A stretch of 64,000 nucleotides of DNA, from contig JBARLO010000056.1 in the NCBI GenBank assembly GCA_049801955.1, positions 6,307 through 70,306 on the forward strand. The letters run 5' to 3'. Origin of the DNA: Acidimicrobiales bacterium (GTDB lineage Bacteria; Actinomycetota; Acidimicrobiia; Acidimicrobiales; RAAP-2). This document shows positions 55,467-63,437 of the stretch, in pieces. Below the pieces are notes generated by a model that was given only the letters and a program-made list of their open reading frames with translations, was not told the origin of the DNA and ran no database searches. Position 1 is the first letter of the stretch, and each line of letters starts with the position of its first letter. The translations under genes and the position numbers were made by a program.

Positions 55467-57389
55467 CTAGGAGTAGTTCGGTCGGGGCGTCTCTTTATAG
55501 GCGGGCGGGAACTCCGGCTCGCCATTGAGTAGGCGCGTAAACGCTCCCGCCAGGCCCTCGGGGTCGAGACCGAGCTCGGCCAACAACAAGTCGGGCTTGT
55601 GGTGCTCGAGGTAGGCGCGGGGCACGCCCAGAATGCGCGTCGTGGGGTGCGCGAGGCCGAGTTCTTGGGCTCGCAGGCGAATGGCCGACACCATGGCCGT
55701 GCCCGCCCCGCCGTGGCGGGTGGCGTCTTCGACAGTGATAATGCGCTCGTGGGCGAGGGCGTCGTCGATCATGGCGGGATCGGCGGGCAACACTCGTACG
55801 TCGTACAGCGTTACCTTGGACGCGTCGACTCCCATGCGCTCTAGGGCCGCATACGAGTTCGGCGCCATCTTGCCCACGGCCAGCACGCACAGAGAGCCGT
55901 CACCTTTCGTGACGCGACGAGAGTCGAGTCCTTCGCCCACCCGGCCGTCGAAGGACTGAGAGTCCGTTTTGGGATAACGGATCGCACTCGGTCCGGAAAG
56001 AGACAGCGCGGTCTCGAGCATGATCGGAAGTTCCTCGGCCGTGGACGGCGCGAAGATCGTCATATTAGGAATGGCGAGGCAGAGCACGATGTCCAGGAGC
56101 CCGTGGTGGCTCGGTCCGTCGTCGCCCGTGATGCCCGCGCTCTTGAAGACGAAGACGACCGGCAGATTCAAGAGGCCTACGTCAAGGTGGGCCTGGTCGA
56201 AGGCCCGTGAGAAGAACGTGGCGTACATCGCAATGATCGGCTTGAGCCCTCCCATGGCCATGCCGGCCGCCGCCGTGACGGCGTGCTGCTCGGCGATGCC
56301 GACGTCGAAGAAACGGTCGGGGTAGCGACGTTCGAAGTCGAGCAAACCAGTCGGACCGGCCATGGCCGCGGTGATGGCCACGATGCGATCGTCGGCCGCC
56401 GCTTCTTTGACGAGCGACTCGGAAAAAACTTCGGTGAAGGAGGTCGCCTTGGCGCCAGCGATCTGGGCGGCCGGCAGCTTGTAGTCGTGCATCTTGAGAT
56501 CGTCGGTGACCGCGGGCTGATAGCCACGACCCTTTTGGGTGATGGTGTGCACGACGATGGGCCCGTCCCATGCCTTCGCGCTGTGGAGTGCGGTCTCCAT
56601 CGCTTCAATGTTGTGACCATCGAAGGGACCCACGTACCGAACGCCCAGGTTTTCGAAGAAGGTGTGCGGGGTGACCATTTCTCGCACCACGTTGGTAAAC
56701 CCGTCGATGCCGTAGTAGGCGGCCTTACCCACGCGCGGCAGATGCGGCACGAGACGGCGCAGCCGCTCGCGGAACGTCAGATAGCGACGGTTCATTCGCA
56801 GCGAGGTCAGCGATTCAGAGAGCTTGGAGACGGTGGGAGCGTAACTACGTCCGTTGTCGTTGAGGACGATGACTACGCGCTGGTTGGAGTGGCCGAGGTT
56901 GTTGAGCGCTTCGTAGGCCATGCCGCCGGTGAGCGAACCATCGCCCACGACCGCTACGACGTGGCGAGTGCCACCGTGCCCGGCGAGCTCGCCTCGCTGT
57001 TCGAGGGCGACGGCGAGCCCGTGGGCGTACGAGAGGGCGGTTGAGGCGTGACTCGATTCGATCCAGTCGTGCTGGCTCTCCGAACGATTCGGATAACCCG
57101 ACATGCCGCCGCGCTGGCGCAGGTTCTTAAAGCCGTAGCGGCGACCCGTGAGGAGTTTGTGGACGTAGGCCTGGTGCCCGGTATCCCAGAGCAGGATGTC
57201 GTGGGGCGAGTCGAAGACGCGGTGCAGGGCGATGGTGAGCTCCACGACGCCCAGGTTCGATCCGAGGTGTCCGCCGGTTTTGGTGACGCTCGAGATGATG
57301 AACTCGCGGATCTCGTCGCTGAGTTTGTCGAGTTGGTGATAAGAGAGCGGTCGAAGGTCGGCGGGCGTTTCGATCGACGGCAATATCAC
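55467..57389 (-). CDS. dxs: 1-deoxy-D-xylulose-5-phosphate synthase
   Basis: GGHLGSNLGVVELT, DTGHQAYVHKLLTGR, GDGSLTGGMAYEALN, and DVGIAEQHAVT. The start is placed at GTG 57389 (ILPSIETPADLR...); the ORF track begins at TTG 57419. Confidence 0.95.
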   Translation of the reverse strand: MILPSIETPADLRPLSYHQLDKLSDEIREFIISSVTKTGGHLGSNLGVVELTIALHRVFDSPHDILLWDTGHQAYVHKLLTGRRYGFKNLRQRGGMSGYPNRSESQHDWIESSHASTALSYAHGLAVALEQRGELAGHGGTRHVVAVVGDGSLTGGMAYEALNNLGHSNQRVVIVLNDNGRSYAPTVSKLSESLTSLRMNRRYLTFRERLRRLVPHLPRVGKAAYYGIDGFTNVVREMVTPHTFFENLGVRYVGPFDGHNIEAMETALHSAKAWDGPIVVHTITQKGRGYQPAVTDDLKMHDYKLPAAQIAGAKATSFTEVFSESLVKEAAADDRIVAITAAMAGPTGLLDFERRYPDRFFDVGIAEQHAVTAAAGMAMGGLKPIIAMYATFFSRAFDQAHLDVGLLNLPVVFVFKSAGITGDDGPSHHGLLDIVLCLAIPNMTIFAPSTAEELPIMLETALSLSGPSAIRYPKTDSQSFDGRVGEGLDSRRVTKGDGSLCVLAVGKMAPNSYAALERMGVDASKVTLYDVRVLPADPAMIDDALAHERIITVEDATRHGGAGTAMVSAIRLRAQELGLAHPTTRILGVPRAYLEHHKPDLLLAELGLDPEGLAGAFTRLLNGEPEFPPAYKETPRPNYS

Positions 57390-57492
57390 GGCAGCAAGCC
57401 TACCGTTGCGAATAACCAAGAATCGGCGCTGTTCTCAGCGCCGAGAGGAACGTGGCGAGTTCGCGGCTCTCATCGCGCTCTACGCTCGAAGG

Positions 57493-57879
57493 ATGGCCTC
57501 ACGCGTGGCGAACATTACCTTCGATGCGCGGGATCCCATCGCGCAGGCTCACTGGTGGGCTCAGGTCGTCGACGACTTTCGCCTGGTTCCCGAGGGAGCA
57601 ATGAGCGACGACGATGCCGAATTGCGCGGACCGGGAGGCAGATCTCTGGAGTTCATCAAAGTGGCAGATCCGAAGATCGTCAAGAACCGCATGCACATGT
57701 GTCTTCGACCGGTCGGATCGACCTGTGACGCCGAAGTCGAACGAATCGTGGCCCTCGGGGCCACCATCGCGGACGATCGACGAGGGCTGGCGGACGGTGG
57801 GTGGGTCGTGTTGGCCGACCCGGAGGGCAACGAGTTCTGTGTGCTGAGAACGTCGGCCGAAGACGCGGGGATCGCCTAG
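57493..57879 (+). CDS. VOC (glyoxalase/bleomycin-resistance fold) family protein
   Basis: ANITFDARDPIAQAHWWAQV...NRMHMCL...VLADPEGNEFCVL is the typical actinobacterial VOC pattern. GAAGGA Shine-Dalgarno before ATG 57493. Confidence 0.75.
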   Translation: MASRVANITFDARDPIAQAHWWAQVVDDFRLVPEGAMSDDDAELRGPGGRSLEFIKVADPKIVKNRMHMCLRPVGSTCDAEVERIVALGATIADDRRGLADGGWVVLADPEGNEFCVLRTSAEDAGIA

Positions 57880-57895
57880 CCCGACCGCGGGCGCC

Positions 57896-58222
57896 TTAGT
57901 CCGAGGAGGTCGTCGACGAGCTCGTAGTGCTCGTTGCGGTGCCGCTCGACGTCGATGCCGGCGTGGAAGTGCTCGCCGAGGACGAGACCGAGGCGGTTTC
58001 AGTCTTCGCGGGCGTCTCAGATTTTGCGCGGGTGTCCGACGAGGACTTGCGACTGTCGTTCTTGTAGAACCCACTGCCCTTAAAGACGATGCCGACGGCC
58101 GAGAAGACCTTGCGCAACTCGCCCCCGCAGTGTGGGCACGCCGTCAAAGGAGCGTCGGTGAACTTCTGGACGGCCTCTACGCGCTCGCGACACTGCTGGC
58201 ACTCGTATTCGTAGGTGGGCAT
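57896..58222 (-). CDS. FmdB family zinc-ribbon protein with a Ser/Thr-rich tail
   Basis: MPTYEYECQQCRERVEAVQKFTDAPLTACPHCGGELRKVFS is the FmdB CxxC...CxxC ribbon. The tail reads SSSASTSTPASTSSGTATSTTSSSTTSSD. Confidence 0.8.
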   Translation of the reverse strand: MPTYEYECQQCRERVEAVQKFTDAPLTACPHCGGELRKVFSAVGIVFKGSGFYKNDSRKSSSDTRAKSETPAKTETASVSSSASTSTPASTSSGTATSTTSSSTTSSD

Positions 58223-58303
58223 GACTAACTCCGGTAACGACAGATTGAAAAGCGAGTCTACCGGCCGCCGGTCGTGTGTTAGTCGGTCGCGTAGCATGAC
58301 GCG

Positions 58304-58813
58304 GTGGACGACTTCCACCAACTCAGACGCGGCGGACCAGCGGGAACGCCCTTTCCCCGCGACGTCGGGCCCGGCGAAGTTAGCCAGCGCCGCGCCCTCG
58401 CGCGGGGTCGGGTGAGCATGCTCGCATCCACCACCGAAGCCGTGGCGGCGAACACCCTGAATAAGGGCGACGTTCTGGCGACGGCGCGCGTCGCCGGCAT
58501 TCAGGCCGCCAAGCGGGCGGTGTCCCTGTTGCCGATGGCGCATCCCGTGCTCGTCGGCAACGTCTATGTGAACTTCACGATCGGCGATACGTTCATTGAG
58601 ATCGAAGCGGGTGTGGACACCATTGATCGCACGGGAGTGGAGATGGAGGCCCTCACCGCGGTGACCGTGGCGGCCCTCACCGTCTACGACATGTGCAAGT
58701 CAGCCGACCGCACGATGACGATTGAGCAGATCGCCCTGTGGGAGAAGTCGGGGGGCCGTTCGGGAACGTGGCGTCGCGACGACTCGACGGGTAACGGCCT
58801 CGTGGGGACCTAG
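58304..58813 (+). CDS. moaC: cyclic pyranopterin monophosphate synthase MoaC
   Basis: KGDVLATARVAGIQAAKRAVSLLPMAHPV...TGVEMEALTAVTVAALTVYDMCK. GTG start. Confidence 0.88.
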   Translation: MDDFHQLRRGGPAGTPFPRDVGPGEVSQRRALARGRVSMLASTTEAVAANTLNKGDVLATARVAGIQAAKRAVSLLPMAHPVLVGNVYVNFTIGDTFIEIEAGVDTIDRTGVEMEALTAVTVAALTVYDMCKSADRTMTIEQIALWEKSGGRSGTWRRDDSTGNGLVGT

Positions 58814-58838
58814 CTCGTTCGCCACTACTCTCGTTGCG

Positions 58839-60791
58839 ATGAGTACCATTCGCGGCGGTGTGGAGCAGAGTCGTGAGCGCCTGGTAGCGCTCGTCCTGCT
58901 GCTTCAGCGCGCCTGGCGCTACGGGGCGTTGACCCAAGAGGAGATCCTGCGCGAACTCACCATCGACGAGTATCCGGTGGCGGCCAAGGGTCCGCGCAAG
59001 ATCCGCGCCTACGAGGGCAGCGACTCCACGGTGCGACAGAAGTTCGAGCGCGACAAGGCGCGGATTCGCGAACTGGGCTTCGTGATCGAGACTGTGGTGA
59101 ACGACGACGGTCTGGTGGGCTACAAGATTGACCCGTCGAGCGGCTACGCCCCGCCCATCTACTTCACCCGTGACGAAGAGCGAGTGGTTCGCCTGGCCCT
59201 TCGATTTTGCGGGTTCGGTAAGTCGGGGGCCTTTAGCGTCTTTAATGACGTCGCCGCGAGTGACGGGGGGCTCGAGGCCTCGAACTACTACACCCCCGTG
59301 CTGCGGGCCCTCAATCTGCATCGAGTTCTTTCGTTCGACTATCTCTCGGCGGTCAATAAGACCCGCGAGGTCGAACCGCTGGTCATTGACGTCTTTAACG
59401 GTGCGAGCTATCTCGTGGCCCGAGTGCGCGAGACGCGCGAGATCAAGGGGTATCGCTTCACCCGCATGACCTCGATGCCCGAGGTCCTCGACGAGAAGTT
59501 TGAAGCGACGGAGAACGACGTGGAGGTAGCTCGAGCGTGGCGCCCGGAGTACGCCAAGTCGCTCCTGCCCTTTGACGTGGTTGTCGCCACCAACGAGGAC
59601 TACGCCGATCTCCTCGTGCGCCAGTACCCCCAGGCCGTCGCCACCGCGAAGAAGAACGGTTCGGTCGAGGTTGGCATGACCTTCGAGAACCCGAGGGCGG
59701 CGCTGCGCTTCGTGTTGGACGGGGCCGATCGCGTGCGCCTCCAATCACCCAAGTCGCTCCGGTCCGAACTTGAGGGGTGGTTGGGTGACGTCAACCGCGG
59801 CGACGTGCCACCGGCGTCGCAGCTGGTCTTTGAGTCCGCGCCCGCCAACGACGTCCTCGGCCAGACTCTTCAGCTGCTGCACGCGGTGTACGCGAGCGAC
59901 GACGGCCTGAGCATCAGCGAACTCTCACGGCGTTTTTCCCTGTCGCCCGACCACGTGCGACTCATCATGGACCGACTGGTCTCCCTGGAGCCCATGGCCG
60001 ATTCGGTCGATGGCACGAACCGGTTTCCCGCCCACGTGCTCAAGGAGTGCGACGACTGGGACGACGAGGCGAATGATGACTCGTTGTACCGTGCGGACTT
60101 CTCGGACCTGCCCGAGGGCAGCGACGACCCCTCGGCGTTCATGTGGCGCGACCTGTTCGAACTCAACATCGCTCTGCGCGAGGCGTCGCGCCTCTACACC
60201 GACCCCGCAATCTTTTCGGCGATCGAGAAGATCGAGCGAACCACGAGCGCGCCGGTGCAGGTGGAAACGACGTCCAACGAATCGCTCCTCAAGCAGGTGG
60301 AGGGCGCCATCGAGACCAAGTCGCAGATCAAGATTGTCTACACCTCGAGTGAGAGCGATGAGGCCACGACGCGCGCCATTGAGCCGCGCGAGGTGAAGGT
60401 TCTCAACGGTCACACCTACGTGCGCGCCTACTGCAACTCGCGCGAGGCCTGGCGGACCTTTCGAGTCGATCGGATCAAGGACGTGGTGGCGACGTCACCC
60501 GCACCGTCGCGGCCCGAAGATCCGGTACCAAACTGGCTCACCCAAGTCGGCGAAGAGGGCGACGAGGTGATCGTGATCGTGCACGCCGACAACCGGTGGC
60601 TCTTTGAGCCGCTGCCGGGTGCGGTGTGGCGCACGCTTAACGATGGACGCCACGCCGTGAAGTTTCGCGTGAGCGAGCCGCGCTTTCTCGACTACCTGAT
60701 GCTGCGCGCCGGGCCGGGATCGGTGGTGGCGACCGAGAAGTACGCGCTCGCCGGACACGAGCTGGCGCGCAAGATAGCTGCACAGCTTTAG
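58839..60791 (+). CDS. fused PafB/PafC-type transcriptional regulator (two tandem wHTH-WYL modules)
   Basis: Module 1 reads ERLVALVLLLQRA...LTQEEILREL...RQKFERDKARIRELGFVIE, with a WYL-like beta domain VLSFDYLSAVNKTREVEPLVIDVFNGASYLVARVRETREIKGYRFTRM. Module 2 reads LQLLHAVYASDDGLSISELSRRFSLSPDHVRLIMDRL, with WYL IKIVYTSSESDEATTRAIEPREVKVLNGHTYVRAYCNSREAWRTFRVDRI. Start at ATG 58839. Confidence 0.8.
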   Translation: MSTIRGGVEQSRERLVALVLLLQRAWRYGALTQEEILRELTIDEYPVAAKGPRKIRAYEGSDSTVRQKFERDKARIRELGFVIETVVNDDGLVGYKIDPSSGYAPPIYFTRDEERVVRLALRFCGFGKSGAFSVFNDVAASDGGLEASNYYTPVLRALNLHRVLSFDYLSAVNKTREVEPLVIDVFNGASYLVARVRETREIKGYRFTRMTSMPEVLDEKFEATENDVEVARAWRPEYAKSLLPFDVVVATNEDYADLLVRQYPQAVATAKKNGSVEVGMTFENPRAALRFVLDGADRVRLQSPKSLRSELEGWLGDVNRGDVPPASQLVFESAPANDVLGQTLQLLHAVYASDDGLSISELSRRFSLSPDHVRLIMDRLVSLEPMADSVDGTNRFPAHVLKECDDWDDEANDDSLYRADFSDLPEGSDDPSAFMWRDLFELNIALREASRLYTDPAIFSAIEKIERTTSAPVQVETTSNESLLKQVEGAIETKSQIKIVYTSSESDEATTRAIEPREVKVLNGHTYVRAYCNSREAWRTFRVDRIKDVVATSPAPSRPEDPVPNWLTQVGEEGDEVIVIVHADNRWLFEPLPGAVWRTLNDGRHAVKFRVSEPRFLDYLMLRAGPGSVVATEKYALAGHELARKIAAQL

Positions 60792-60821
60792 GCGACCGTT
60801 GGGCCCCGAAGGGGGTGATCG

Positions 60822-61898
60822 GTGCTTCGTCTCATGGCGCGTCGAACCAACGACGTTACGTACTTCACCAACGACGCCGCGCACGAGCTCGATGGGCTGC
60901 GCCGCGGCGGGCCCGGGTGGTGGCTGCGCGGTGAGGGCGATACGCGCGACCCTTCTGACGTCGCCCGGGTGCTCACGACGAGCGAGCGCTCTCACGTCTG
61001 CGGCTACGACCTCATCGTTGCCGCCCCGCGGCCCTTCTCGGCACTCCTTGCGGTCGATCCCTTCCACGCACGTGGGCTCGTGGACGCCCACCGGGCTTCG
61101 GTGCGGGCGGCCGTTGACTATCTCGAAGATCGAGCGGTCGGGGTACGCGAGCAGCGCCAGGGGGAGGTCAGCGACCGAGCGGCGCGCTGGGAGAGCATCG
61201 TGGCCTTCACCCACGGTGTCAACCGACACGGTGAGCCGCACCTGCACGACCACGTGTTGGTGGGAGCTCGACCCACCGGTGAACGTAACGTCCTGGACGC
61301 GCGGGCGCTGTACGCGCACTCGATGGCGGCGGACGCCCTCTATCGCGCCTCGCTGCGTCACGAACTCGCGACCCGGACTCCTTGGAGCGCGTGGCGTTCC
61401 TTCGAAGGCGTGGAGCGAGTCGTTGACCTCGACGAAGGGTACCGAGCACTCTGGCCCGGACACCACCGCGAGCGAGGAGAGAAACTGTCGTGGTCGAGAG
61501 ATGACACCCTCCGTGCGTGGGCGAGCGATCTCGGGCGCTTTGAGCCACTGGGCGCCGTGGACGCTCCGCCTCGGGGTCGCGCGGTTCTCGATGAACACCG
61601 TTTCTCAGGCGCCTTCGAAGGTCGCTACGACGTCGCGCGCCGACATGTGGTTGCCGCGTGGGCGGACGCGGCAACTTTCGGACAGGATCCTCGCGATCTC
61701 CTGCACCAGATCGACGTGATGTATCCGCGAGCTCGCGAGCGCGCGGGCGTGTACGAGCCCACGATGTCGGTGCGCGATGCTCGCTCACTGGCCGTCGTGT
61801 CCGAGCACGGACCTCGACCGCTCGAGAGCACTCAGTTCCAACTCTGGCGCGAGCGCTCACTGGACACGTCGCGAGTGCGCGACGGTCGCTCCAGGTAG
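60822..61898 (+). CDS. TrwC/TraI-type (MOBF-like) relaxase-domain protein without a helicase domain
   Basis: His-triad block IVAFTHGVNRHGEPHLHDHVLVGA and an N-terminal Tyr (DVTYFTND). GTG start 6 nt after GAAGGGGG, 30 nt downstream of the WYL gene stop. Only 358 aa. Confidence 0.7.
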   Translation: MLRLMARRTNDVTYFTNDAAHELDGLRRGGPGWWLRGEGDTRDPSDVARVLTTSERSHVCGYDLIVAAPRPFSALLAVDPFHARGLVDAHRASVRAAVDYLEDRAVGVREQRQGEVSDRAARWESIVAFTHGVNRHGEPHLHDHVLVGARPTGERNVLDARALYAHSMAADALYRASLRHELATRTPWSAWRSFEGVERVVDLDEGYRALWPGHHRERGEKLSWSRDDTLRAWASDLGRFEPLGAVDAPPRGRAVLDEHRFSGAFEGRYDVARRHVVAAWADAATFGQDPRDLLHQIDVMYPRARERAGVYEPTMSVRDARSLAVVSEHGPRPLESTQFQLWRERSLDTSRVRDGRSR

Positions 61899-63148
61899 CG
61901 CTGAAAGCGCGGCTCGCGAAACGCGGGCGTGAGTTGGATCCACTGCAGCTGATTCTGCGCATTGAGTCCCAGGGCGTGGCCCGTTCGACCTTGGGCAATG
62001 TCGCTCATCGACAGCCGATCGCGCTCGATCCACGTCATTGTGTGCCCCGTGGCGCGACCCTTTGTGTCGCGCTGCACACTCGGGGATGCGACCAGATCTC
62101 GTCCCGCCAGATGACGCAGCGTCTCGAGCGTGGGACGATCGGCGATGCCGCCAAGCACGACGGTGGCGGGAAAGAGCGAGAGAAACCCCTCGGCGGTAGT
62201 GCCCCAACGGGCTCGCGCCTGGGACAGGTCCTGGAGGCAGGCCAGTGTGAGAACGCCTTGCCCGCCGCCCTCGGACACGATTCCGGGCAGTCGCGGCAGG
62301 GGAGCGACGTTGGCGAGTTCGTCCAACGCGAGCAGTAGCCGCGCTCCTTCATGATGGTGGTCGTAGGTGGCGTGAACGATCTCTTCGATGAGCCCAACTA
62401 CCAGGGGAATCGAGACGGCCTGGTGGCGACTGGGCGAGACGATATGCAGTTGGTGGGGCCCGCGCAGGAACTCCTCCACGTCGAGTGGCGCCTCGCGGGC
62501 CGAAGCCCGAGCGGCCTCGGTTCGAACACCCGCGAAGAGTCCCGCGGTGGTTGACCAGATGCTCGATCGCTCCCGCTCTTCGGTTGCGAGTACTCCGCGC
62601 AAGAGTGTCACCGCGGGGTGGTGATCGCCGTGATGTTCAGCGAGTTCGTGAACGAGGTCATCGCCCCGTCGTTCATCCACCCGACTCGCAAGTTCACCCA
62701 ATGACTCCTCGCGTAGAGCACACGCGTGCATCATTGGCGCGACTAATGCGCCCGCTCGCTCACTCCAGTGGTCGTCGCTTCGCTCTCCTCGACCACGTCG
62801 CGCGACGTCCAAAAGACTCCGCGCAGCTAAAACAGCGCCATCCCAACTTGAAGATTGTCTTAGAGGTGAGTATCCGACGCGATACACACCGGGTGGCGTT
62901 TCGACCGTTCCGGATGGATCAAAGAGCAACGTGGTGCCGTTACGACGCGCACGTGACATCATCGATACGACATCATTCTTCGTTGATGTGATGACGCAAG
63001 AATGATTTGTCATCAGGAGATTCGGAATGATGATCGACGTTGTCTTTCCACTACGCGTGGGACCTAAGACGAGTGTCGAACGTTCGTGTCCACTCGTTGC
63101 ATCACCGTGTGCACCTCGACCTAAGTAGATGCCACGCGTCGAACTCAC
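61832..63148 (-). CDS. VirD4/TraG-type type IV coupling protein-like ATPase with no TM anchor
   Basis: Walker A context LVLGPTRSGKTTSIIIPNLL, then LLFDPSG, DDHWSERAGALV, and Walker B LLLALDELANVAPLP...GGGQGVLTLACLQDLSQ. No hydrophobic N-terminal segment. GTG start at 63148. Confidence 0.8.
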   Translation of the reverse strand: MSSTRGIYLGRGAHGDATSGHERSTLVLGPTRSGKTTSIIIPNLLMTNHSCVITSTKNDVVSMMSRARRNGTTLLFDPSGTVETPPGVYRVGYSPLRQSSSWDGAVLAARSLLDVARRGRGERSDDHWSERAGALVAPMMHACALREESLGELASRVDERRGDDLVHELAEHHGDHHPAVTLLRGVLATEERERSSIWSTTAGLFAGVRTEAARASAREAPLDVEEFLRGPHQLHIVSPSRHQAVSIPLVVGLIEEIVHATYDHHHEGARLLLALDELANVAPLPRLPGIVSEGGGQGVLTLACLQDLSQARARWGTTAEGFLSLFPATVVLGGIADRPTLETLRHLAGRDLVASPSVQRDTKGRATGHTMTWIERDRLSMSDIAQGRTGHALGLNAQNQLQWIQLTPAFREPRFQRYLERPSRTRDVSSERSRQSWN

Positions 63149-63437
63149 TCAGACCATCGGTCGTAAAACTTTCGCAAATGCTTGACATTGGTGTGAAGAA
63201 CGACTGAACTTTTAGATGTCCTTCTGCGGAGGAGGTCTACGTTGTCGCTTGCGTTGCGTGCAACGCAGGACGTAGTCATCATCCGCGTGAGGGCCGTGCA
63301 CTGCGATCAGTCGTTGCACAGTCGTGAGACTGGGTGGCACATGAGCGAGTACATGACAGATCAAAACGGTGACTGACTGTTCGGAACAGAGATTCCAAGT
63401 CCCCATTTGATTCAACGTTGAGTCCCAAGGAGGGAAA

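Noticed and set aside
58677-61598. 355-aa and 367-aa minus-strand ORFs antisense to the PafBC-like and relaxase-like genes
   Set aside because: They have no motifs and a His/Arg/Gly-rich composition. The plus-strand products carry WYL and relaxase signatures and have Shine-Dalgarno-supported starts.
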